Origin: Macrostomum lignano | Taxonomy: Eukaryota | Length of the DNA: 64,000 nucleotides | Reading direction: 5' to 3' | Assembly: GCA_002269645.1 (NCBI GenBank) | Contig: NIVC01001524.1 | Coordinates: 186,001 to 250,000, forward strand | Part shown: positions 48,826-59,456 of the stretch, piece by piece | Layout of the letters: each line of letters begins with the position of its first letter | How positions within the stretch are numbered: position 1 is the first letter of the stretch | Translations under genes and position numbers: made by a program | The notes under the pieces: generated by a model | The model's input: the letters and a program-made list of their open reading frames with translations, nothing else | Told to the model about the DNA's origin: nothing | Databases searched by the model: none

Positions 48826-49894
48826 ATGCAAACAAAATGACTACACTAAATATATCTAAAAATTAAAGTAAACCTGATACAATTTACAAGCAATTAGCAA
48901 AGCATAATAGTTATCTAGGCATATACTAAAATAGTAAAGGCTGAAGGCGTACACATTTGAAGTGTATTTTTCATTCAGTAGGACTTGCATGCATGCGTTA
49001 ATTTACAGTATAAACAATAGTAAACAGTGAACACCTTAATAAGTCATCAAAGCATCAGGTCACCATTTTTGTTATCATTTAGTAAAGTTAATGAGACATC
49101 TAAAGTCTAGAGATAGCCAAAAGGTATTCTTGGGGTTAGTCCCCAGACCTAATTTGAAATGGCTAGGGGCCTATTGACATGGTTAGATAGATTCATTCAA
49201 TTTTTATGCAGATTGACATTAGGCCCTATGGCCTAGCCTAGACCTTAGTCTAAGAAAGTAGACATAATCAGTGCATTGGTGTCAATTTAAATGTCATTGT
49301 AGGCTAAATAATTTTTTCTTTGTCTATTTGGAGTTTCCTGAACCATTACTAGGCTGCCTGGCCCTACCCTAGCCCTAACTAAAATATTCCCAATTTTGCT
49401 ATCATTCTAAAACATTAAGTCTTTTAGGCCCTATGCGGCTATAGGCTATATAGTCCATACAGTAAGAAATTTCATTAAATTAAATCATCACTAATGGAGT
49501 CTCAATATAATATAGGAAAGGTATATAAGCAAGAAAATAAATTATAGATATCATTTTAGTTAACTATTGTTTAATAGACTGTAGGCCTAATTAATAACTG
49601 TTACCTATGAAAATAGTGACTTCATTATTTTAATCCTAAATAATGTATTGGCCTGATATATAAATCTAAGCCTAGGTTTTTTTACACAAGTCAAAGAGTG
49701 AAATTATATGCCTTATGTCTAATTCTCTAATTTTATGGTTTAGAGTATAATGTCTATTATTTTTATACAAACATTTTTTCATTTTTATTAAACATTACAA
49801 AAACATTTTTAATAACAAAGTAAAAATGTGAAACAATTATGTTCATACTTAATCATGTATATTGATTATCTATAACCACAACTACAACTGCATT

Positions 49895-50212
49895 CTGGGT
49901 TTTCTGTACACAGAGTGTGCATATGCATAAAAGTAGGTGTGGTTTAAGGGCAGTTTTATAACCATTTTTTAAATTAAATTAAAATTTAACCATGTTTAAG
50001 CTCATTTGCACTGCCTTAAAATATGAAATGAAATAACTCATATGACTTATTAAGTCATATAGCCTATATGCCTATAGCCTTATATAAGACATGTCTATAT
50101 ATATTCCCAGTTTTCTGAAACAAGAGAAATTACACTCTGAGCCTTAAAATCGCACCTTGAAATTTGGCACAAGGTGCGATTTTGCACCTTGTCTCGGGCG
50201 AAAAAAACCCAG
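49895..50212. mobile_element. 318-bp MITE of the same CTGGG-TIR hAT family
   Basis: Ends CTGGGTTTT / AAAAAAACCCAG; subterminal AAAATCGCACCTTGAAAT similar to the 44767 element; flanks ACTGCATT (49887-49894) and ACCACATT (50213-50220), both one transition from ACCGCATT. Confidence 0.75.
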
Positions 50213-50677
50213 ACCACATTTATCAATTGATGACAATAATAACATATAATAAAAGCTGTTATTAGTAGCAATTAATAAAACAACTAGGCTTATAACAACT
50301 GTATTAGACAATTAAGTAAACATAAACTTCCTCTATTAAATTTGGTAGTAGTAAGCTATCTGTTTTACTAGAGCCTAAAAAAAGGATTGTTTTAAAATTA
50401 AGCTAGGTTATAAGAACTTCTCAATAAGCCCAGCAGTTTTTATATTTCTGAAGTTTTGCTATAGGATTTAATATACAATACATAGATGGTTTAATATTTT
50501 TAAGAGCTTTAAGTCATAGTACCAATATAGGGCTTTCAAACTAAGACTAGGCCTAACTAAAAGGGATTACTTGTTAGAAAGATTGTGATGCATATATAGT
50601 AATAACAACAATAATATATAGTGTCACAGGGTGCATTTCAAAGCCAAGTTGCAAATGAATGACACATTGCTAGCCAA

Positions 50678-50860
50678 TAGTGGTGGATCCAAGATTTTTA
50701 AACTAGGGGGGTGGTCCTGGGCAGATTGGCCTAGCTGTTTGGGGTGGCCCAAAATAAGCTCTAAAATAAGCCCAAAATTGCAATACGCCCCCTTATATGC
50801 AAGTTCAACCATGGCAAAAGAGAGGGGCAGCCACCCTCCCCCTCTCTGGATCTGCCACTG
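50678..50860. mobile_element. 183-bp hAT-type MITE (TIR consensus CAGTGGCGGATCCAG)
   Basis: Left TAGTGGTGGATCCAA, right CTGGATCTGCCACTG; perfect 8-bp TSD CTAGCCAA at 50670-50677 and 50861-50868. Confidence 0.8.
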
Positions 50861-50879
50861 CTAGCCAAATCTAGCTCTA

Positions 50880-51188
50880 GGCGGTAGAACTGGGTATGGA
50901 TGATGTGGCCTAGTAGCGGAGTCACTGATGGCACAATAGGTTGCTTGGATAGACCAGGCTAGTGTAGCAATACAAAGCTGCTTTGGTCACTTGCTTATAG
51001 CCAGTCTTGAAGGCAGCACTCAGCAGGCCAGCATGCGCCATGTCAACTTATTGTTTGAGCAACTCTATTAGTATTCAGGTCTTGGCATTGTATAGCAGGA
51101 TGGTCTCAATCACCACATGGAACAATGCCATTCTGGTGGTCAAGTAGTGTATCAAACTGCAGGACTGCCCTTACAGAATGAAGGGCAG
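50880..51188 (-). pseudogene. Degraded RTE-clade LINE, downstream continuation on the other side of the R2 insertion
   Basis: ALHSVRAVLQFDTLLDHQ..LFHVVIETILLYNAKT*ILIELLKQ*VDMAHAGLLSAAF continues directly from ...CRLALA at 56494 and matches the RTE post-RT pattern LF.A.VE..LLY.AETWTLT. Confidence 0.72.
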
Positions 51189-51209
51189 TCCTGTCTAATG
51201 ACTCTCTTA

Positions 51210-54200
51210 GAAGGGTCAGCCTGATGATGGTGCGTTAAACTGAGAGGTAAACCTGAGCGTGGCGTGGGCAGACCAGCCTGCTGTTACTTGGTGGACAAGC
51301 AGGTAAGGCCACTGCCACCTCAGGATAGTGAAACTATGCTATGTTGAGGCAGAAGCTTGGCCGAAGCCTGGTTGACTGTTCAGTAATGGCGGCTAGATGC
51401 CGGGGGGCTCCAGTTCGAAAAATGGCTCCACTACTGGGGAAACCTGGTAGAGGGTGAACATTACTGATCAGGATTCCGGGCTAAAGCTTTGCTTCTAGTG
51501 CGGATGATTGTGAGGATTGTTCTGCCTTCGGATTGGGTGGCCCCCCGCACCCGGTTCAGTCTGGTGGTTCGATTCTCACCAAAGGGATCCTTGCTCCGTA
51601 GGTATGTCCTTGGAGTAGGGGGGACTTTGTTCGGATTGAAACACAGATCAGGATCGGGCCTGTACACGCTATGGTCGGGTGCAGCTCGAACTTTAACACA
51701 CTTTTTATCTAGTTGGCCTCCGCTTAGGCGGGTCCGTGTTTCGATGCGGATGTTGATGATCGCAGGGTAAAGGCACGATGGCAGAACTGGCTCGTCTTGG
51801 TGACGCCGGAGTGCTAATCCCTGTCTGACAGTGCTAGATGCCTCCACGAGGCAAGAGTCGGGCAACGGAGTGCCGGGTATGTGTCTTTCCTCTGTTCTGG
51901 ATCACCGCTTCGTCTTTTGCTCTCATCTTCAATCTGGCTTCATCTTCCTTTCACTCTCACTCTCACTCCCCTCTTCATATCATCTTCTTTTTCTTTCTAC
52001 CTCTGCTCTTCTTCTTCTTCTCCTTCAAACGTACCTAGGTGCTGCGGCTGAATTCCACTGTTTAATTCGGGGGGCCTGGGTTAGCAGCCCGGGTCTTCTG
52101 TGACATCCTATTGCTACGACTAAAAATAACAATTCAGACCCGTCGGCCTCCGCTGATGGGCAAAATAGGTGTCACTCCAGGGTGATAGGTCAGGCCGGTG
52201 ATGGGTACACCTGCAGCGAGTGTGACGGAAAATTTAGTACCAAAGCAGGGCTTAGCAATCATCAAAGACAGACTCATCCTGACTACTACCATAATACAAA
52301 ATGCTCGGCCTTACCGGGCGCCAAAAAAAGGTGGTCAGATGAAGAATTATATATATTAGCTAGTTTTGAAGCCAAATTTGATATTAACTTTGTTCCAGTC
52401 AACGACGCGGTGATGAAAGCAAAAATACTTCCAGGTAGAACTCTAGATAGCATTAAGGGGGCCAGAAGAACCAAAACTTACAAATTACTTGTGGAGAAAC
52501 TTAGGAACGAAGCATGTAATATAGAAAGCGATAATGATGAGATTCCAGAAGAAATTCAGTTAGCAGTTGCCACTGGCGTTAGAGGTAGTGTTGATGAGCT
52601 GAGAAAGGTTAGAAGAAAGCAATTTGACAAAAGACTAGAAAAGACAAAGAAAAACCTATCAGAGAAGTACAATGAGACTAGTAAGACGGAAACGAATCAT
52701 GAAAACCAAATAAAAACAATTATAACTTCGAAAACTAACAAAAAAGATGATTTATTACAGAGGCTAGAGGTGAGACCTTAGACAGTGGCTGGGCTTCGGG
52801 TCCTGAGGGTCCGGGTGCCTTGCCCACTATCTTCGAGTCAGGGGAGGTCGTTGGCCACTCAATTAAATATAATGTAACTGAAAATTCTGAAAACTACAAA
52901 AAAGTCAAATTAAATATGAAGACAGCTCGACGTCTGGCCTGGATTCGGGTCCGGCATCCGTTGGCCACTTGCCGAAGCTTAGCCTGGTTGGTCATGAAGG
53001 TGGCCAGACTCAAGCAGTCAGTTCATATAGTAAGATCGGCAATAATAAAAATACTAAACAGGATATTCCAATGGAAGTGAAAAATAAAATCTGGGGCTCA
53101 GACTCAGAAGATAGCCTTGAGAATGATGACATAGATCAGCAGACTACTATTCCTGAGAACAGTTGTCAATCTAAAACCATAGGTAGACATAGTAATGAAC
53201 ATCTTATTACCTGGCTCAGAGAGAATAAGTGTGAAGGACTAGGGGACTATTGCAACAATATCTGCAAGCTCTTAGAAGAAGGAGAAAATGAAGCTACATG
53301 TAATTTAATAGAAAGTCTACTACCAACGGTTCCTGGGATCAAAAAACCTATAATGAAAAAAAAGAAAAATTAAAAAAAGCTAAAAACAAGAAGGAAAAAA
53401 GACGTAGAGCCTTTGCAGAAATGCAAAGGATTTATGAAAAAAATAGAAAGAGAGCAGTAGAAGCAGTCTTCTCAGGGTCTTGGAAAAATTGGGATGAAGA
53501 TGACGAATCTAACATTAGTGTAGAAGAGCATACTAAATTTTGGGGCAATCTCATCTCAAATCCTTCAGGTACAGATGGGAGGCTGATTAAGCCTATTTGC
53601 GAGCCTATTACCAGTTTAGCCAACCCGATTAAATTAGAGGAGGTACATTGGGCTGTCAAAGACTTTGGAAAGACAGCAGCGGATCCAGACGGTCTTGGGG
53701 TAGAAACTATTAAGCTAGTAGATAGGAAGGTTTTAACATATTTATTTAATGGCATTATGGCTTGTGGTACAACACCAGCCTCTTTCAAACACTCGAGAAC
53801 AATACTTATTCCAAAAGTAGACAAACCAGCGTCACCAGCAGAATTTAGACCGCTTTCCATAGGCAACCTTATTTGTAGATCTTTCCATAAGATCTTAGCT
53901 AGACGGCTTGCTGCAGAGGTCAGTATTAGTAGTGTCCAGAGAGGCTTTAAACTAGGTTTAGACGGGGTTGGCACAAATCATTTCCTAATTGAAAACCTTC
54001 TAGCCGAGGCCAGAGCTGGTAACTCACCTCTGTTCTTGGCCTTCCTAGACCTAAAAAAAGCCTTTGATTCAGTCAACCACCCTACTTTAATTAGAGCAGC
54101 TAGAAGAGTTGGTATACCAGAATTATTAATTAAATATCTAGATAATCTATATACTAATACCACTGATATTTTTGGTGCTACTACCAAGTTAGGAAGGGGA

Positions 54201-56492
54201 GTCAAACAAGGCGACCCTTTGTCACCTATTCTATTTAACTTTGTTATTGATGAAGTACTTGGCACACTCGACCCGCACATAGCCTTTCCAATTGCTCAAG
54301 AAAGAGTTAACTCTGCAGCATTTGCTGATGATATGGCTATCTGCGCGTCGACTGAAGCCGGATTGAATAATCATCTTAAAACTTTTGAAGAGGCCCTTGC
54401 TCCAACCAGGCTCAATGTCAACATCAAGAAAAGTGCTACTATCTCGATCGTGTGGGACGGAAAAAATAAAAGATGGCTCAATAATCAAGATAAAATTTTT
54501 AAAATCTATAATCAGGAACTTCCTAGAATCGGCCTTCAAAACAGTTACAAATATTTGGGTATCGAACTCAATGCCAAGGGGCAAGTTAAATCGGGACTTA
54601 ATGTATTGAAAGACATGCTAGCCAAACTCAAACTCGTTGCCCTCTTAGGCCTCAGCAACGTATGTATTTCCTCTCTACCAATATTATTCCTAAGGTTAAC
54701 TACATTCTTACTAACGGCAGAATACATAAAAAAACTCTGCTAGAAGCTGATATCTTAGTTAGGAAGTGGGTTATCAATGTGCTCAGACTGCCTAAAGATA
54801 CTCCGTCACCTATGATTCATGCCAGAGTTCGTGACGGAGATCTGGGTATCAACTCCTTCACTACATGTATTCCGTATTTTAAAAATATAAAATTTAGTAG
54901 TCTTATTAACTGTAGCGACTCTCTTATTAGCCAAATAGCGAACCAACCTAAGTTTGCCAACAAATTTAAACTAGATAAGTCTTTATGTGTTTTTAATGGA
55001 ATGAACAAAATTCATCTTTATTGGAAAGAGAAACTTAACAACACTATCGATGGCAGAGGCCTTGCTGACGCCGCCAAAGTCCCTTTCGTACACGATTGGG
55101 TTTCCGAGGGCTCCAGCATCGTCTCCTATGAAATGTACGTTAAATGCCTCAAAATTAGATTGAACCTCTGGCCTACCAGGGCCCGTGCGTCCAGGGGAAG
55201 AGGCCGAGCGCCCAATTGTGATGCCGGATGCCGCAGGATTGAGGGCTTGGGGCACATTTTGCAAAGCTGCAACCGTACTTTTGACAAGAGAAACTTTAGG
55301 CACCACAAAATTGTGGACTATATTTTTGATAAACTTGAATCTAGAGCGTACCAACCTATAAAAGAGCAGTTAATTTCTACTAATGAAGGGGGCCGCAGAC
55401 CAGACCTGATTTGGAGAAGGGGCAATACCACCTGGATAGGGGATGTCTCAATAGTTTCTGATGCGGGTCTGGGAATTGGGATCATGGACAAGGCAGCTAA
55501 CAACAAAAGCAATTATTATAATAAGCCTTGCATCAAAAAGTGGGCGCAGGATCACTATTGTATCGAATCACCTGATCAGTCTGGATTCAAAAGCGTAGGC
55601 CTAATTTGGAATTGGAGGGGATGTATGGAGAAAAAAACTGCACAAATTTTGTCTAGCCCAGGATTCACGAAAGCAGAAATGAAACTTATGTCTATAATGG
55701 TACTCAAAGGTGGTGTCTATGCAGTGGAGGTATTTCATAGGAGGACTGTAAATTACGGCATTCTTTCCAAAGGTTAAATGTTGCTTGGGGTCCATAATAT
55801 TACTTCTTAGGTACTAACTTCTCCAACTTTCGAACTATTTGTTTTAACTTTGTTTAATAGTCCTATGTAATCATTAGCTATTATGTCTAACTTATTTAAT
55901 TTGTCACACTCTCCACTGTTTGGCGTGGCTTTGCACTTGCTCATATGACGGGGGGCTCCGCGCCTCCCCAACATGGCCCGTCTCCTTTGGAGTTTTGTAT
56001 GGGTTTGCCGGTTTCAGGCCAGAAAACTGGACAGACTGTGGCTATGCTTTCGGGTGGTGTGTGCTGGTCCCCCAGGTGGTAGCCAGGGGTGAGGTGTGGC
56101 GCGTGTCTGTCGTCTGGTCTTCCTTTCCTTCTCCTTTGCTGTCTTCTTCTTCACTTTTTCAATTTATTGTGTTGCTTCTGCCTACCCTGTCTGCGACAGG
56201 CTCTGGGCCATTTTAATGTACTACTTTTTGCTTTTTCTTTTATCTTTGTCTATCCTTTTGTTTGGTTGCTGCTCTTCCTCTTTTGCTTTTGTTGTCGTTT
56301 TTTGCTGGTTGTCTTTCCTTTTTTCCATCTTCCCTTTCGGCATTGTGCGCCATCTACCTGCTGTTTTCTTCATGTTCCCTGTATCCTGTGCGCTTATTGC
56401 CTCTTTGGCATGAATGCATAATACACAGACGAAGTTTATATACTGTTGAGGTCAACTCTTAGACCACTCCGTTTGTCACGGTTACAAGACAA
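51210..56492 (+). mobile_element. R2-clade non-LTR retrotransposon (ZnF-Myb-RT-CCHC-REL), full length but disrupted, located outside rDNA
   Basis: C2H2 finger CSECDGKFSTKAGLSNHQRQTH and Myb-like RWSDEE (52182-52781); RT motifs FLDLKKAFDSV, QGDPLSP, FADD, YKYLG (53421-54743); CCHC CDAGC..HILQSC and restriction-like endonuclease RH..E..RPDLI..D..K (54662-55777). Stops or frameshifts near 52780, 53375-53400 and 54645. 5' junction ATGACTCTCTTA (51198-51209) and 3' junction TAGCCAAA (56493-56500) match the halves of the 28S R2 target. Confidence 0.88.
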
Positions 56493-56493
56493 T

Positions 56494-57080
56494 AGCCAAA
56501 GCAAGCCTGCAGCAATGCTATATATCCTTATAGATGCTGGGAACCAGACCACCAAGGTAAACTAACTGCTGACAATGTGGAAGCTCTGTTACCTATCTAT
56601 TAGAACCTTGGCACAAAATTACAGCCTTGATGTTGTCTTGCATGCAGAGCAAGCAAGGATAGCAAGGATAGGATAGCAAGGTGGGGTTGTCAATATAGCT
56701 AAGCATGCTGAGCTACCTTTCTGGTTGATGTCAACCCACCCATTGCTGCAATAGAAAGTCATTGTTATTGGTAGGAAAAACAATCTGTAGCACCCTATCA
56801 AGCACCAGAACAAGCAGGAATGGAGGAAGTGTATCTCCTGGAGGAAGTCTCAAAGAGGTCCAATAGGCTGTCTAGTGTTAAAATAGCTTTTGTATCATGG
56901 TACATCACTGTGATAGTGGATATAAGCTATTTTGGCATATTGTACACATAGAGCACCTTTGGGAGCATATACCTGATGACTAGGTCAAATGGCTTCTTGA
57001 AATCTATGAAGATAACAATCAAGAATGACTGCTGTATCTGTGCTTCATATATAATAGAACCAATATTACTTGCTAGGAAA
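56494..57080 (-). pseudogene. Degraded RTE-clade LINE reverse transcriptase, upstream part
   Basis: Minus-strand remnants IIYEAQIQQSFLIVIFIDFKKPFD, GDTLPPFLLVLVLD, LSYIDNPTLL (for L.YADD.ALL) and VYLGGLVPS..DI..CRLALA, with stops and frameshifts. Confidence 0.75.
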
Positions 57081-58767
57081 CATATTTTCAATAGTCTATA
57101 TAGTTTTCTTTTCTACCAATGTTATACATTGTATACTATATAATATTCCATGTATATATAAGATTTAAATGGAAAATTATGGGGTACTTCATGTTACTTC
57201 ATTATTTGTTTTAGGCCTACTAAATTTTATCAAATAGTCAATGGTATTCCTTGGAATAAACATGGATTCCCCTAGGCTAGAATCTGCACTTTGCATTCTT
57301 ATAGGCAACCTAGCAGTATTTCAGATGACCTAATACTCATATAGGCAAATACATACAAAGACATACAATGACAATAACTGACTTATTTATATATTTTGTG
57401 TGGGTTACATTCAGGAGCCCAACTTAAAAAATATATAGAAATTTTTTTCAATATTTTTCTACAGTGGCCTATAATACCAAGGTTAATAAGAAAGGGATGT
57501 ATAAATACTTCCAATTTTGGTGTAAAAAAGTTTTTATTTTCAGTCATTTTTATAGAATTTATAGAATCAGTAAAATGTGTTTTATTTCTAATATTTTGTA
57601 TCTATATATCTTTTAATCCCATCTATACATAGACAATCCTTTATTTTATTGAGTTAACTATTGTTCCACAAAATCTTACACTTTCTTATTTATAGATACA
57701 ACTTGAAAATAGTCTATTCTTTTTTAAATTAGTCACCATGGCTACTGTTGGGAGTGCTAATCAGCCTGGGGACAAACTAGTAGTCAGGTGAAGGGCCAGG
57801 AGCAGGAGGCTAGAGGAGTGGCAAGTGCCCAAAGTGGTTATTTGTTATATTTAGATAAAATGTGTCCTATCATATGAATTATTTACTATAACTAGCTTAT
57901 ATTTATTTATATATTTTAGGCCAGTAAAAAGCTTTATCTTGTTTATTGTCACTTTTTCTGAGTATTTGTTGTTTTCACCTGCTAAGGGATTAATGTTACT
58001 TTTTTCAGTTTTAGTACATACAAAAAAATTATCCAGATTACTGTTTAAGTAATAAAATATTAATGAACACATTTTTCCCTCACCTTTCCAGTTCATACTA
58101 ATTGAGAGGGCATAATGCTAAGCTCTAGTTGGACTGGATATGTTTCAGTTACACACAAAGCATTGAGAAAAGCATCAAAGGTAACATTCTTTTTTATATA
58201 ATCATTTAAAGAATTTATTGAATTCATTATTTCATTGCATTAAGTAATTGAGTTATTTTTTCATGTTGCTCTTGTAATAGTACACAAATGCCCAAAGTGT
58301 AAGTACATGTTTGCACTATCATGACTTATATTGTAAGAACTGATAAGTGTGTGTGGCATTCTGAAATCTGTACTATCTCTGCAGTTGAGATTAACAGTAG
58401 GAACCAAGCCATTTTGTACCAAGCCATTTTTCCACCCATCGAACTACCAAGAGGGGGGAGGGGGAATTCCTATTCTTGGAATCTGGCAGAATTCCCCTCC
58501 CCCCTATGACATTTTTTGCTGCACCAGAATGGAGCAACACAGGCACACAAAATTCAAGAACATGGGCCAACGTTTTGTTGCACACCTTCTCAAACAAGAA
58601 TCAAGTTGCCAGCCCTCCAGACTGTTGAGATATTTGATGATTCTGCCAGAAGGTTGGATTTTTCTCATAAGCGCTAGTGTATTCAGTATACCCCTGTGTG
58701 CCAATCAGCACTGTGCCTCAGCACAGCCTTGCAATGCCTTTAAATTTCATCAGAACATTGACTACAC

Positions 58768-59456
58768 GTGTCTGCATCAGCTCTGACTTTGTTGGTCATT
58801 AACCTTCACCCAGATGGAGCTTCTGGACCTTCAACAGGTGGCACCAAATGACTATGGACACCCTGATACAAATTTCACAAGTTTTGCTAATCAAGCCTTG
58901 ACAGTGGGCAAGCCTCAACTGCGGGACAGCCTTAGCTAGTCTCTCAAGCATTTAGTCATCACTCGGACGCTGTTGGCACCTTCAACAGGTGGCATCAGAT
59001 GACTATGGACATCTCTTCTGTCTTAAAAGTTACTAATTTTTTTAAAAATTAAATAAAATCATACATCTAGGTGTTCATAGTCATGATTCCCTTCCTTGAA
59101 AGTGCCAATGATGGCTGAATGATGACAGAATGCTTGAGAACCTAGTTGACAATGCCTAGCAGTTGAGGTTTGCCCATTATTGAAACTTGATAAGAAAAAA
59201 AAGACAAAGTTGCAAAAGGATGTTCATAGTCATCTGTTGCCACCTGTTGAAGGTGCCAACGGCGTTGGGGTGATAACAGAATGCCCGAGAGATTAGCTGA
59301 GGGTGTCCAGAAGTTGAGGCTTGCCTATTGTCAAGGCTTGATCAGTGAAACTTTGCATCAGGGTGTCCATGGTCACTTGGTGTCATCTGTTGAAGGCCCA
59401 GAAGCTCCGTCTGGGTGAAGGTTAGTGACCAACAAAGTCAGAGCTGATGCAGACAC
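58768..59456. mobile_element. Foldback-like element with about 240-bp inverted arms built from internal subrepeats
   Basis: 58768-59011 is the reverse complement of 59221-59456 (e.g. GTGTCTGCATCAGCTCTGACTTTGTTGGTCA / TGACCAACAAAGTCAGAGCTGATGCAGACAC). CCTTCAACAGGTGGCA...ATGACTATGGACA recurs within each arm. No TSD seen. Confidence 0.65.

Noticed and set aside
51194-51340. Hammerhead ribozyme (CTGATGA at 51221, GAAAC near 51330)
   Set aside because: Stems I and II cannot be closed with the required core geometry. An HDV-like fold is untested, so no ribozyme is annotated.
51548-51585. tRNA gene (GGTTCGATTC T-loop-like motif)
   Set aside because: No D-arm or acceptor stem; it lies inside the R2 5' region.
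58451-58504. G/C-run inverted repeat (GGGGGGAGGGGGAATTC / GAATTCCCCTCCCCCC)
   Set aside because: Probably an internal MITE fragment; no TIR or TSD boundaries found.
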